Assembly: GCF_000150275.1 (NCBI RefSeq)
Contig: NW_002060978.1
Coordinates: forward strand, 310,001 to 374,000
DNA length: 64,000 nt
Direction of reading: 5' to 3'
Source: Trichoplax adhaerens
Taxonomy: Eukaryota; Animalia; Placozoa
Shown here: positions 12,401 through 26,100 of the stretch, in pieces
How positions within the stretch are numbered: the stretch's first letter is position 1
Layout: each line of letters starts with the position of its first letter
Program-made: the position numbers and the translations under genes
The notes under the pieces: generated by a model
What the model saw: only the letters and a program-made list of their open reading frames with translations
Databases searched by the model: none
What the model was told of the DNA's origin: nothing

Positions 12401-14814
12401 CATCTTTAAGAATCGTTCTACTATATTGTAATAACTAGAGATTGACATACAAAGTAATAAAGACTAAAACTACGCCAAAAAATTTTTCTGATTTTGTAAC
12501 ATTGACGTATCTATTAGGTTATTTTGATGACGATTACCAGTAGAGAATGTAATGCTTCTAAAGTAGTATATGGCAAATAAAATTTTATCACCGCAATTGT
12601 TTCTTCCCGTAGATAGTGGCGACATCTAGTTTTGATTTTATTCTCTTGGCATTATTGACTACGACTTTATCTTCTTATCTTCTTATTGAGCACTTCCGCA
12701 TTACTCATCTACATTAAATTTTATGTGGATTTCGTCTAGACGTCAAAGGAATTAATTATTTAATTACTGATTTAAGGCTTTACCGTATTGAAATGTATAT
12801 TTAAATTCAATTGATAATCTAGTCTGCAATAAAAGTCTCATAGTTTCATTTTTATCATTAAAGTATGGAAAGAGATTGGAATGAGTGGTGTAATGCATCC
12901 CAGCATTCGTCTTTATTATTTATGGATCGAAACAGAATGATTTTATTCTCTTTACTTATAACGTAATATTTTTACTAAGTGCTTTTAAGCCCTAAGGCTT
13001 ATAGTAATAGAGAACAATTGGCGTTCTGTTTTATAGGTGCTAGTAAGGCCGCAAAATTGTCATAAATTTAGATTACAATTGATAAATTAATTGATTTATA
13101 AACGCGTATGCGACGATTATTATCGCAACTATAGTAAAACTGATTATCGACTATTCGAGGTAAGACATCGACCAGTAATTGTTTGAATTAGACCTTTTTC
13201 GTGAAAAATATCAAACTATTAGTTATAACTGAATTAGAACGGAATTGTTATCATGGCTAGTAATTATGAAAGCAATTTATGTTAAAATGATATCCAACTT
13301 AAACTACCTCCAATTTAAACTCTAACATAGATAAGCCTTAGGATACTTCATGTTTGCTTGCTAAATCAGCTCATTGCTTTCTATTTTGTTGCCGGGATAT
13401 AAAATTCTGTTTTACGTTAGAAATTCTATTAAATTTATGCAAGTATTGAATCTATTAATATTAATTAAGTAAAGAAGAAGGCATGACGGTCCTACTGAAA
13501 TATCAGCTTACGATCGTATCAATCAGTATGTATTGTTTTAGATTAGATTTCATTTTTAAATTGGTGTTATCCAATTCACCTGCTGAGTCTTTTACTTTAA
13601 CATAAATATAAAGTATTAAAATCAAGTTCACCTCCTTTTATTAGAATTTCGAATACTTATAATTTATGGATAAAAGATCACTTAATTAAGTCACAAAAAG
13701 CAATAAGTATATAGATAATTATCTGAATTTCAGAATAGAGATGGGACATGATTGTCTTCTATGGACATGGTTTCCATAAAGTTGCAACAGCATCAATTTC
13801 ATGCCACTAAATATTATGCATTAAATTTAGACTTTGATAATTATAATGCGAGATAGTCTTATATCACAGCACATCAATTACAGAAGAGGTCTACACCTCT
13901 TTCATGGGAAGATGAAATTAGCTAAGACGCTTAAATACCGCATTATTGACTTTATATTGAGATGAAACAGGCAGCTATTTTGTAGGTCTACTGGAGGGAA
14001 AATCTCCTTTACAGATTTAGGGTAAAACTGTAACTACGGCTTAATCTGTCACACAATTTTATGGTATATTCACAAACAATCGATTTGTCATCTTATTGCA
14101 GTCAATATTTTTAAATTTATTACGGAAAGCACTCACACTTACTTGACTCGATCCGAAGAAAGGTGTTCTGCTGAAAGATCAATCAAGGGCCATACGATTC
14201 ATTAGTATGCAAAGTTGTATAATTCTAATAGTTACAATCAATATGATGATACATTAATATTCGTCGAGATTTGAAGTAACTATTTAGTTTTAATCTTATT
14301 CTTAATTTCTCTATCAACGATTTTCTGAGTCTGCTTCTTAGCAATCCTTAATACGCATTAATTAAATAATAAAGTGAGTCAAAAACTGTAGGGTTATAGG
14401 GCCTTCTTAATCGATACTTTCCTCTTAGCTGGAGATATAACCTTTAAATTCTTACTCGCTGGTTACATTAAATGCTATAGTATTTATTACTTTTTATCGG
14501 TAGTTGATACTGTAAGATGTAAAATCGTAATTACTAAGGCCAATTTTGCAATTTCCTGTCATGGTTTTGTGAGCAAGAATTTGATGTAGATGTAGCTCAT
14601 TTAAATAACTCTTAAATCACTCTAATATCATTTGATTTTTACAAAGCTAATTTTGTATAATGTAAATTTGGTTATTTATTACAAAAGCTAGTTCGATTTT
14701 AACTTAAAAAATCTTTTCAACTGACTGCATTATTTAATATCAATAATGCTAGGCTATTCTGTTTTTATGTTCATAAGTATTCATATATTTTTTCTTCACT
14801 GTTTAGATTCAAAT

Positions 14815-16062
14815 ATGGCGTCTCAGCGAAATGGTGGTAATCTAAAATGTAGCGATAGAAATTGCCCTAATGAGTGCATCTATTTTGACATCATAGAGAA
14901 AAACCCTATTATCAGTTTAAATAAAACCGTCGAAGGACAAGATTTAGTTTCTGGTATTTATATTGGCATTGGGATAATCGGAATTATTTTCAATGCTTTA
15001 GTTCTTGTGACTTTGAAAAAGAAGCAGGTATCTAAATCGAAGATTTTCCGTTCTTTAATGATGAATCTAGCAATTGCTGATTTATTTTCTGCGGCTGCAG
15101 TTTCTCTGCTTGGAATTAAAACAATTGCCATAATATTGAGTACCAAAAACATTAACTTAATCAATGTACCATACCTTAGCGCCTTGTTCAATTATTCTTT
15201 GGAATTATCGAAGGGCACTAATGCTGTTTGTCAAGTCAGTTATATCTTTTTCTTCATAACAAATTTTGTATCGACATTAACACTGACCTGCATGGGAATT
15301 GAGCGTTATCGTGCATTAATTGTTAATCAAATGTGTAAAGTTAGTGATGAAAGATCAGAAACTTGGAAGATCCGTGGTCTGCTAGCTTCTATTTGGATAG
15401 TATCCACCGTCGGTTCCATTCCTTTTGCTTGGATGGTCGAGGTTACACCTAGAGTGTATAATCGATGTTTCTTTGCACATCATCATCCCTGTGGATATTG
15501 CCATTACAATTTAATTGTAACTATACTAACCACCTGTATATTTGGCTTAATACCAGCTGTTATCATGCTCTACTGTTATATTCACCTCGCTAGGTTTCTG
15601 CTTAAGTATGGGAAAGAACGTCGGGCATCATTTTCTCATCAGGACTCTGCAATAATTAAGCGTTCTGCTCCAAATTCGCCTGCTGCTCAAAAATTGCGTG
15701 AAAAACAGGCTGCATTCTTATCCATCATTGTCGCATTCTTATTTTTATTAACCATGACTCCATTTATTGCTTATTTGCTATTTATCTCCATTAGTCATTG
15801 CAATGGCGATGAAATATTGCACGTATTGAATGTCATGAAATCAAATCTATGGATTGGCATCGAGGCTGCTCATATGTTTTTCGTTTTACCACCTTTGCTT
15901 AATCCTATATGCTATTCTTTTTGTAACCGTAGCTTTCGACTTGCTCTAATGTCTTTATGCAAGAAAATGACATTAGAAAATTCGCAATCTTCCACCAAAA
16001 TCAGTTTATTGAGCTCTGTACGAAGTCATCTTGGATCACGTCGGTCACAGACCGAATTATAA
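14815..16062 (+). CDS. Class A orphan GPCR, CNADE subfamily (GPCR2)
   Basis: The ORF track starts at 14746, but a polypyrimidine/AG acceptor (AG 14805-14806) and the paralog N-terminal lengths favour ATG 14815 (MASQRN..., 415 aa). Motifs NLAIADL, IERY, NRC, MTPF, CNGDE, NPICY; ends in -TEL. Confidence 0.95.
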   Translation: MASQRNGGNLKCSDRNCPNECIYFDIIEKNPIISLNKTVEGQDLVSGIYIGIGIIGIIFNALVLVTLKKKQVSKSKIFRSLMMNLAIADLFSAAAVSLLGIKTIAIILSTKNINLINVPYLSALFNYSLELSKGTNAVCQVSYIFFFITNFVSTLTLTCMGIERYRALIVNQMCKVSDERSETWKIRGLLASIWIVSTVGSIPFAWMVEVTPRVYNRCFFAHHHPCGYCHYNLIVTILTTCIFGLIPAVIMLYCYIHLARFLLKYGKERRASFSHQDSAIIKRSAPNSPAAQKLREKQAAFLSIIVAFLFLLTMTPFIAYLLFISISHCNGDEILHVLNVMKSNLWIGIEAAHMFFVLPPLLNPICYSFCNRSFRLALMSLCKKMTLENSQSSTKISLLSSVRSHLGSRRSQTEL

Positions 16063-16611
16063 TCTTGTCAATTATTTCTACTGTAAGTCTCGTTAAAGCA
16101 TTTGGAAGAAATTTAAATAGCTGGATAAATTTAGGTTGTGCATATTCGGCTTCCTTGACACTTTTGGGTTCTCCTTAAAGTCTTTATTTTTGGCGCGCAC
16201 CTTTATAATTCAGTTGAGCTAATACTGTATAAATGCTTTCATATGATTTAGAATTTCCTTTGGTTTGGTGTATTTAGTTTCAGGAATTTCATTATACCAA
16301 ATCTAGAGAACTTGGCTGATCAATTTATCTATAGCGCAAATTGACATAGCGTATACTAAAGATTACGAATTGACGGATTTGAATTTTGGTCAACAGTATA
16401 GTTCAAATATTTCATCTAAGCATTTACCTAAAAGACAGTTTTAATTTCTCTTTCAAAACTTTTAAAATATTCTAAAAATATATGTCGCTTGACTGGAGCT
16501 ATCGCTATTCTACTTTGAATTGAAATAAGAACTTACTCTATTCACAGCTGGAACACGTGTATTGATTTGTCGCTTTAACAGTAAGGGCAATTTTGTATTT
16601 GACCATGTGGT

Positions 16612-17057
16612 TGTCACGGTACGAACTACCGTGAAGAAGTAGCTATCTAAATTTGGTCAATATAATATAGTGATAATATATTACAACTAGTTACTTACAA
16701 TAGGAATTACTCTAATTATAAATGTGTTAGAGTTAATTAAATACTGTGCTGTAATGTGCACTGAAGTAATTCTGTGAATGGACGTCCATATTGTACTCCG
16801 ACTGTGGAAAATTAGTTAGTAGATGTTCTCACCTAAGTATTTGTATAAGATGACTCACGATTGTTAGCTGCTGTAGAAGGGTATATAAGCCCATCAGATA
16901 GTTGAATAAATTAGTTCTCAATTGTCTAGTTAAGTTTAACGTAGAATCAAAGGCGTCTAAATTCTTGTGAGATAGTTAAGGGATACTGAATCCCAAAGAC
17001 TATAGTAATTTAGAGATTTGTTTTACGTTATCTTTGTCACGAAGCTGGTTTATGACA
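16612..17057 (+). mobile_element. Solo LTR, family A (446 bp)
   Basis: TGTCAC...ATGACA termini; 5-bp TSD GTGGT/GTGGC; TATATAA at 16882 and AATAAA at 16905; homologous copies at 35255, 46358 and 63923. Confidence 0.88.
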
Positions 17058-20000
17058 GTGGCAAATATCCTAAATTGTGTTTTCATTTAAATGATATGTG
17101 GTTATTAATTTAATGCTTAACTGGGTTTGATTTAAATCTACATTAAATGTAAAATTAGCAGAGTTTTCAATAATTACGGACTATCGTGATGATTTATAAT
17201 AGGGATACCGGTATATAATCTGACATAAATATATTTGATGTCCGAGTAATTCACTAACATTAATATTTGATTCATTGGTACAAGCTGAAGATCTTGCTTG
17301 AAATATTTATCCCGTACAATAAAATAGTTAAATTTACATTTCCGGTTTAAGTTATACGTACGTATGATTCGTTATGATTCGAATTATTTTAATCATTCAA
17401 TTATGTTATGAAAGATAAAATTTTAATTGCGTATATCTCACCAATTTAAATTATCGATTGTTATTAATTCGCTATAATTACTTGAACCAAATCTACGTTT
17501 GAATAAATACGAGGTATTGTACTTCGAAGTGTTTGTGTTTATCAATTATTTACAAAAAAGCATGTTGCAGAGCCATTGCTAACTAACTTGTACAATAATT
17601 CTAAGGTCAATACCCTTTCAAATGTATATCAATTTTTTAATTTATATTATTTGGATTTATGAACACCCTTACAGCAGGTATGGAATAAGGTTTGATAATT
17701 ATTCCTGCCAAGAATGATTCTATTTATTGGTTTAAACAGCTAGAAATTAAACGTTTATAAACTTTGGCGTGATAAAGCAAAGACCTGCTACGATTATATT
17801 TCAACTCAATTTGACTTTAAAAAATTCTTTCCAAAGACCTCGAGCTAATGAGTAATCCACGATAATAAGGTAAATGGAAGTCAATAGAAAGATTGAAAAA
17901 AAAAACTTGGTAAAATTACAGGACTACATTGATTTAAAACAATTACAGAAATAGTGTTGTAATAAGTACTAATTTCAACCCTACAGTATCCAGTTACATA
18001 ACTCAGTAAGCCCTTAACGTAGCGTTTAAAAATGTTTATTAATTAAAATCCTCTAGCTGCATATTGAAATAGTAGAATTTAAGATAAGGCAACTACGCAC
18101 ATTGGCAGCTCAAGGCTATCGACCTACCTCCCATCCAAAGGAGTTGGTCTTTTATACATTCCTAAAAAGGATTATTGACTAACATGTTATCAAATCCCCG
18201 TTTCCATCAATTTAAGTAAAATCCTACTTAACCTTTCCCGTACTGTTCTTAACTCTACTTAACATAAGTAAAAAATAGTGCGAGGGAGAATAGTTTTAAT
18301 GCTTATTAAGGTAACGATAGATGATAGCTGAATAGACTAAATTTGAGGTCAATAGGTTGCAAACCTTAGACATCAAAAACTCGTCCATGACAAGAATGTT
18401 TCTTACATCATTTTACTCTTGAAAGTGAAATATCTTCTTAGGGGACAGTCATAAAAAGAACAGAACTTATAGCTAAGTTTGATTTGCTCTTGCAAAGTGG
18501 ATAGTTTTAATCTTTCTGATGTAATCTAAATCCAACGGAATCGAAAAAATGAAATAGTCTTGGGAATTTCCATTTTATCGTCATGACGTTGTTTCTATTG
18601 ATGGATTGAACAATTTCACGTTGATCGTAAAAATCTAAAGCAACTTGTAGTAAAGATAATTCTTAAGGACCTAGAGTAAATCAGATTAATTGGATTTGAA
18701 ACCGGAAGTAAGATTTATTACAATAAAATCAATCGTAACTGTAATCTTAATAAACTATAACATGAAGAACTCTCGATCCAGTGTACCCTTTAAAAAACTA
18801 CTGATGACCATTGGTTGTTATATTTAGCCTAATTCTATTTCAATTTATTTTCCGTAATCACTGAATAGAGAATTGAATGGGCAATTAGGTATAAAGCAGA
18901 AGTTAAATACGCTCCAGCAGAGTGAATAGGTCTGTAAAATATGCATTGATCCTAAACTATTCACGGTCTAGCCATTCTCTTATGTATCGTATTCTAGTTA
19001 CGCTAATATGATCAATTCATTCCAAGATAATCAATTATTCTTATTGTGAGGCCTATTTTTGAAGGTTATGACAAATTTCTTAATAATAAATACGCTTGAT
19101 GAGTTTATTAGTTGTACCTTATTAAAACAAAACAATAATCTAGCCTTATTGTTCAATTTTAGAGAAATCAAACCATTTATCTATTGAGCTTAAAAGAACC
19201 ATTACTTCAACGTAGTCATTACATTAGTCAGTTATCAGCAAGCCTACCAAGGTTAATGTCTATTAGAGACAAAAATTAAATTCAAAGAATTACAACAAAA
19301 CTCCATCTTGGGAAAAAGGTGAGCTTAATTTGAGTGTTAAATTGGTAATAAATGGATATAATTTTGTCGCAATCATTATACGGTTGGGATAACGATCATG
19401 GTTATAGTCTAAGTTAAATAATATCCTAAAAAATAGGCAAAGACATAGGCAGCATTATTAATAGATTTCAAGATTACAAATAGGCCTTTATTCCCCTGAA
19501 AGACATCATTTCCTTCTCTGGATGCTATTTAATTATATATTATCAAGCAAATTTTGTTGAAATTAAGTTGTTATTGCTTCTTTACTAGACTATACCAGCT
19601 AGGAAATAGCGGGGCTACAACTAAAAGCCTTTTTTGTTTGCAAATAATTGAGGCTTCCTCAATGCTTTTACTTTACCAGTTTAGGTAGTGATTTCCGTTA
19701 ATATCATGACTGATGTTAGCTGAAATTAAATTTGCTCAAATTTGTCCGTCTTGAATAAACTAATTCAAGAATTATGTTTAGAAGTTATACATAAAAAGGT
19801 GATTGTAAAATTTCGTATTATCATAAGTTTAGGAAAATTGGATCACTTTATATAATAATGTAAGGATTCTTGGTTACGGTCGTAATAAACCACTAGATCT
19901 TTCCTAACATTTACTCTAGCTGGATAATTTACCTATACTTCGATAAATTACTCGGTTTTAATTGGTAATTGGAAGTAAATTAATCACTTAACGTATCATT

Positions 20001-22004
20001 TGACTTTATCTTTAGTCAGTTTGAAAGTATGAACGACAAGTTATAAAAGGCTTTCAACTAGCGATGCTTTTAAATCCAAACAATCAAATTTTCATAAGTT
20101 TTATTATATTTCTCTTCATCATCCGTTGGAATGATCTAATTCGGTTCTACATATACTGTGTGTCGTTTTCTAAAGTCCGACTTATTTTAGTTGCTTTTAA
20201 CATTACTGCATGTATTAGAATTCGTATTACTAAGAGAAGTTTACCACCTTTATCACATGAATAAAAAGTCTGATAATATAGTGAATAAAAATGACTTTTA
20301 AACGATTATTGGCCGATGCTTAATCGATGATTAAATAATTACATGATTTGAGAAAACATGGGTAAAATATGAAGCAGAACGTGTGGTTTTGATATCCGTC
20401 TGGTAACAACGTTATTTACGCTTTCTTGATGCCTGGATGAGTCTAATTGCAATCACCGCGTAATCTTTACAATCTTAATTTTAATTTTTGCTGCTGTTAT
20501 TGGAGATTCGTCAGAATTTAAAATATCAAAGACTTAAAGAAACGATCGCATACACCAAAAATTCTGAATTAGAGCAATTGGCTAGTGCCGTTATCATTTG
20601 ATAATGTGCATACTTTCTACTAATTGAGTAGATTGATTGTTTTAGTTTCTTTTGATTCTTGCTCTAAGCATTCGAAGGCCTCAACCACGGCCGTATATCT
20701 CACTTTGATATGCCAAAGTAGTGAAAGCATTAAAATACGCCATGATCACAAATACAATATGCCGTGCTGAGTAATGTTGATGATCTGCGGATCGTTAGGA
20801 TCGTTAAATTGAAAAGATTCTATGTACTCGTTATCTCACTCTGAGAGATTTTCGATATCGAATTCTTGATAGAGGATGCTAAAAAGCTGTTGTCTTACAA
20901 TGTTAAGCGTGATAGTAATCCGAAATTTAAGGGAAACTCTACAAAATTTGAATTTTCAAACTAAAACAAGTGTCTTTTAACTTTCTGCTTGCTAGCACAC
21001 CGATAATCGACTTCCTGTTCTAGAATTACAAGAATGTAGTCCTCTTCCTATTTTGTGCTTAATCTCGATTCATTCACTCTATCTCCACTTAATCCAATTA
21101 TAAGCTCGCATATTAAGCTGTATACTATTTTATTTGCACCATTACTATTACGATGCATTTCATCTTCTAACGAGGGATTTACTTAAGTAATTTATGCCTT
21201 AATAACAGTAACCCGCTACATATTGTTACACAGACCGTTGATGATCAAAGTTATGACATCATCCATTCATGATGGAGGTTCTGTTATTCTGAGCAGCGAC
21301 AAATATTAAATCATGTGATGGAATCTTTTTATTACGCTAATTATTTCGTGCTTACTAGAATACAGTATAACCTATTATGACTAATAAATACCACGATAAA
21401 GAAAGGCGGTACTGTAGATAGTATCAATTGCATGTTAAATAGATTATCATTTCATGATACGAATGTAACCTAATCTGTTTAACCTCAGGAAAGGATTAAC
21501 AAAATCTTACAGCCACCATTTACCTATCAGTTGCGCTAATTTTGCATTCATATTATAATTTTACAAACAAATTATGTACATAATCTTATTTTCTGAAGCT
21601 CGATTTACAAAGTGTATTTACTTTCCAGTGTCTATGCGTACCTGCTGCAGTTTACACTTTAGTAAAATTGGATGAAATTTTTAAATTAGTAAAGGATGGA
21701 ATGATTGACAATGCATGTCTACTGCATGGCTTATCGTAGTACAGCAAAGTAGGGCGTATGATTTTTAAGTAATACAATTCTTGATATTTTCCTTAATCTC
21801 GTAAAGTAATATTAGAATTGATGAATTGATTCATAATTATCATTGACTTGAAAGAATATGTGATATATGAACTTTATAGATGAGGACATATACGAAATTC
21901 GTTTTAATATCTTGGGTACATTGCTAGTACAATAGCATTAAAAGTTCCTTTTCATTTTTACTATCTTAGTCTAGATTCTTAATTTAGCAATTTCAAATTG
22001 AACC

Positions 22005-23150
22005 ATGGCGGATGTGTGTAACAGGAATTGCTCATTTTATGGTCCCTATTTAAATTCGAAAAATTTTAACAAAAATCAAATTGTCAAAGGCCAAGATGTT
22101 ATTGCATACACCTATATTGGCATTGGCATACTTGGATGTCTGTTAAATATTATTGTCCTCTTTACTTTGTTGAAATTCCAACTGACAAAATCCAATGTAT
22201 TTCGAATGTTGCTAAGGAATCTTGCCCTAGCTGATTTTTTATCATCGATTGGCGTTATATTAGTTGGTGCTAAAACATTAATAATTATAGACGCTATATC
22301 AAACCTTAAAAGCCTATCTGACAGCTTGGATGAAAAAATACTGGCTAGTTTAACAAATATGTGCAGAGCAAGTTATGTTATTTTTTTCATCACGAATTTC
22401 TTGTCTGGTTTAACGATAACCGTTATGGCAGTAGAACGTTATCTTGTAATTATAGTTCGCAAATTTCGAGGGCTTTACCAAAATGATTTAAAACCATGGA
22501 AACTATATGTGTTGTTGGCAGGCATTTGGGCCACTGCAATTGCAGGATCCATACCATACTTTATAAGCTTTGAAATTACAGATAGAGTGAACAATCGATG
22601 TTTTTTCTCTATTGATACTTCCATGGTTAGCTGTATCTATAATATTATACTTACTATATCTACTACAAGTGTACTTTGTGTAGCACCTTCCTTTGTTATG
22701 GTATTTTGTTATTTCAAGATTGCTCGATATCTATTTAGCCATCGCCGGCCCGATACTGAAGTAAATAGACGTAGAAATGGCCAAAATTTTACCGCTGATA
22801 AACAAGCCGGCTTAATATCAATTTTGATTGCCATTTTCTTTATCCTTAGTATGACACCTTTTATGGCTTATTTAATTTTTGTTTCGATAAATTACTGTAA
22901 CGCAGACGAAGTAATAGTCTATTGGATCAATTCCAAATCTTACTTTTGGATTACAGCTCACGAAATAGCGCACTATCTATTTATTCTGCCGCCGATCATT
23001 AATCCTCTTTGCTATTCATTTAGTAGTACTCAATTTCGAAGAGCAATAAATTTCTCATGCAAGGATAAATTAAAAAAGACACGTATGGCCATTAATTTAT
23101 CATTACCATCATTTAGACGTGAATCAAGAACACTGAGTACCTCATTTTAG
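22005..23150 (+). CDS. Class A orphan GPCR, CNADE subfamily (GPCR3)
   Basis: 381 aa 7TM with NLALADF, VERY, NNRC, MTPF, CNADE, NPLCY. Kozak context accATGg. Confidence 0.95.
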   Translation: MADVCNRNCSFYGPYLNSKNFNKNQIVKGQDVIAYTYIGIGILGCLLNIIVLFTLLKFQLTKSNVFRMLLRNLALADFLSSIGVILVGAKTLIIIDAISNLKSLSDSLDEKILASLTNMCRASYVIFFITNFLSGLTITVMAVERYLVIIVRKFRGLYQNDLKPWKLYVLLAGIWATAIAGSIPYFISFEITDRVNNRCFFSIDTSMVSCIYNIILTISTTSVLCVAPSFVMVFCYFKIARYLFSHRRPDTEVNRRRNGQNFTADKQAGLISILIAIFFILSMTPFMAYLIFVSINYCNADEVIVYWINSKSYFWITAHEIAHYLFILPPIINPLCYSFSSTQFRRAINFSCKDKLKKTRMAINLSLPSFRRESRTLSTSF

Positions 23151-26100
23151 TTTTACACTTAAATTCTCATAAACTATCTTTACTATAAGCATGGATGAAA
23201 TTAAAGAAGAATAGCAAAAATTAGTATATAGGGTAAAGTAAATGTTAATTTTACTTAATTAACGCGTTTATATTAAATTATACTTCTAAATGCTAAATCG
23301 TTTTGTCCCCAATTATTTCTGTGCTTGTTAATTACAGGTATGGAAGTTGATCTTACGAAAATTTTATGTATTAAAGTAGAAAATACAGCACTTTTATTAT
23401 AAATCCTTGCGATTAAGCATAATACCTCTATCAGTAAGATGATAACTTTTGAACAGCAGTAATGGATACAAATATGCAACTGCATCTTATAGTTAGTAAT
23501 TTGATATGGTTAAGGCTCGACCGGAGCCCCTGGAAGTCAAGCAGAGGTAAAACTTCTTGTAGCCTGTATTATTATCGGACTTTAAATCGATGATACGTAT
23601 TTTCTGATAAGAAACCAAAATGTGAAGGTTGTGCTGTTCTATAGCATACGACCTAGTATTTATTTTATTTTTCTAATTAATCTATACAATAAAACTCGTA
23701 TTGCATTCTTTCCTTGAAATCCTTTGCGATTTTTGCTTTGATATTTTGGTAATTAAAAACTGTCACATTTTAATACATTTCTTCTTCATTGCAAGTATTA
23801 GGTTGAGATAATTACAAGAATCTAAAATTTGTAGAATATATTCATAAAGCCATTTTAATTTGTTAATTGTCAACTCTTTGAGAAAATGCGAAAAGAACGA
23901 CGTATCTCTAACTTGTTATTTACGTCTAGAACTTCGGATGCAAAAGTTATGAACTTTACTAATAAGCTTTTAAATTACGTATCATACCTCTATTTTTCAT
24001 CCTACTTAATTAAAATTGATTTTATGCCATTTCTCTAAATTATAAAATAGTGGAGTCTAGCAACATTAATACACAAATATACAAATATACTAATGGACTA
24101 ATGGACTAAAGTAATTATGATCTTTAAATTTTGAATCGTCATTACTCTTATCGTCCGTTACATTTCAAATCTACTTCACGTAGTTTCACCTTAATTATAA
24201 AATTGTACGGTAATGCATTATTATCATATTAGCAGCTGTAGTTACCTTCGTGTAGAAATACAGAATTCGAGCTTAGAATTTATTGACAGATATAGTGATT
24301 TACTTGAGTATAAGACTCAGATGAAGCTAGCCTTTTAATCATCTTCGCCCAAAATATATTTGATTACAAACGTTTCACTATCTCAAATATCTATCTATTC
24401 CATGTTTTACTCTGATCTTGATCTTTTGGGTTATCCCGTTACAATGAAAATTTAGTTTGCATGATAGATAAGACGATTTACGATACCTATCTGCCCTTTT
24501 CTAAACGATCCTTAGTTATAGATAAGACCTTATGTGTTAGCTATAACTTTAGTAAACTTCTTATTATAGTTTTAACAGTGGAAAATTATTAGGTGATAGT
24601 CCGCCTTGTCATAAATCATCGTTAGTCCAGAGCGAGTAATTCAATTTCTTTCTATTTGCGGATCAACCTAAAGATACATAAAAATATTACGGTTTCATGT
24701 CTGCAAATCTGAATTTAAGGTAATAATATATCTTGCAATAAATTATCGTCTACCCTTAGCAAGTAATTGAATTTCTTCCTAGTAACACCACTGGATCGGC
24801 CTAAAGATTTATAGAAATATTGCAATTCATCTCCCATTCCAACTTACTTTTTGAAAACATGATACATTATCCCAATTGGGCAGCTAATTCTGTTCGGCAA
24901 CAGTTTGTATGGAAATTAAGGATAACTTACGTATTCTTATAAGATCAGAAACATTTTAACAGTCATCTATTGTTCCTAATCCACTAGTATGCAATTTAGT
25001 AAACATCGAGTTCATGTAGGCCTATCGAAGCTTTTTCATATATCATTGCAACTAATAGTAGACTGTAATTGTCAATTTGCTTAGCAACATAAGCATAATC
25101 ATTCCGCGACGGTAGTATTATATAGACTAATTAAGTGTGCAATTGTTCATTTATAAAGGATTTATTGATCATCGATCGTTAGATGATTGTTTATTTTCCT
25201 TAGTCGAAAGTATATTGATTTACTGTTGATAACAGACCGATTATCATTTGGATTAATATAATAACTAGTTGGCATTGACAGCTTCATATTGGCTGATTTA
25301 GCATTCCATCAGAAAACTTGCAGATGTTAAAACTCCATCAAAATTAAACATTTTGGACGTACAGTAAGTTTTGATAGCCTAATTTCATTCTATGTAAAGA
25401 TTTATTATATGTTACCTTAATCACTCGAAATTCTGTACATAGTGCTGGAAAAATTTTTGTTTAATCGTGCTATTGAAATTTTTATTCGATAAAGTACGAA
25501 TTTTATGGTAGTATTTGAATTCTTTACTCTTTATTCAAATAACGATAATCAAAATTCGAGTGACGATCAAGTGTGCAAAAAAGTTGATTAATTAGTGCCT
25601 AAACTGGATTTAATTTTAAATGATAGCTTTAGTGTTTGAGTAAGATGCAATCATCAAGTGTTCCTACACCCTCTATCGATGATTGTTTACCTTAGCAAAT
25701 ATAGACTTGGCAGATTTATCTATTCCATGAATTGAGTTCCGCGACGGTATAATATATGTCATATAAATACGAACATAACTGATTGTTTAGTAAGAGTGTT
25801 CTCAGTTATACTGAAAGAACTAGTTTAAATCAACGATTTAAGTGTTATAAGTGCAAAGATATTGCTCTAGTGGCTAGTTATTGCCCACTAGCCCAAAGTT
25901 CCAGTTTAAATTTGAAGTTAAAGAAAGTTTTTATCAATCTTGTTTAAGTTCATTTGCATCATCAAACAATTTTTGCTACTTGTTTGATATTGGATTTATG
26001 TGTACTAGACTAATGGAGGATAAAGATGATAACTTGAATGCTTGTGCTAAACTTTAAAACCTTTTTGATATCCAAAGCTATCTAATCTGGTTCCTGTTTT

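Noticed and set aside
14746-14814. 23-aa hydrophobic N-terminal extension or signal peptide of GPCR2
   Set aside because: It coincides with a T-rich tract ending in TTTAG, a likely intron end, and has no counterpart in the paralogs.
16612-17057. MITE or Helitron interpretation of the repeats
   Set aside because: The terminal inverted repeats are only about 6 bp (TG...CA), TSDs are 5 bp of variable sequence, and TATA plus AATAAA are present. Helitrons make no TSD and end in CTRR. Solo LTR fits better, pending discovery of a parent element.
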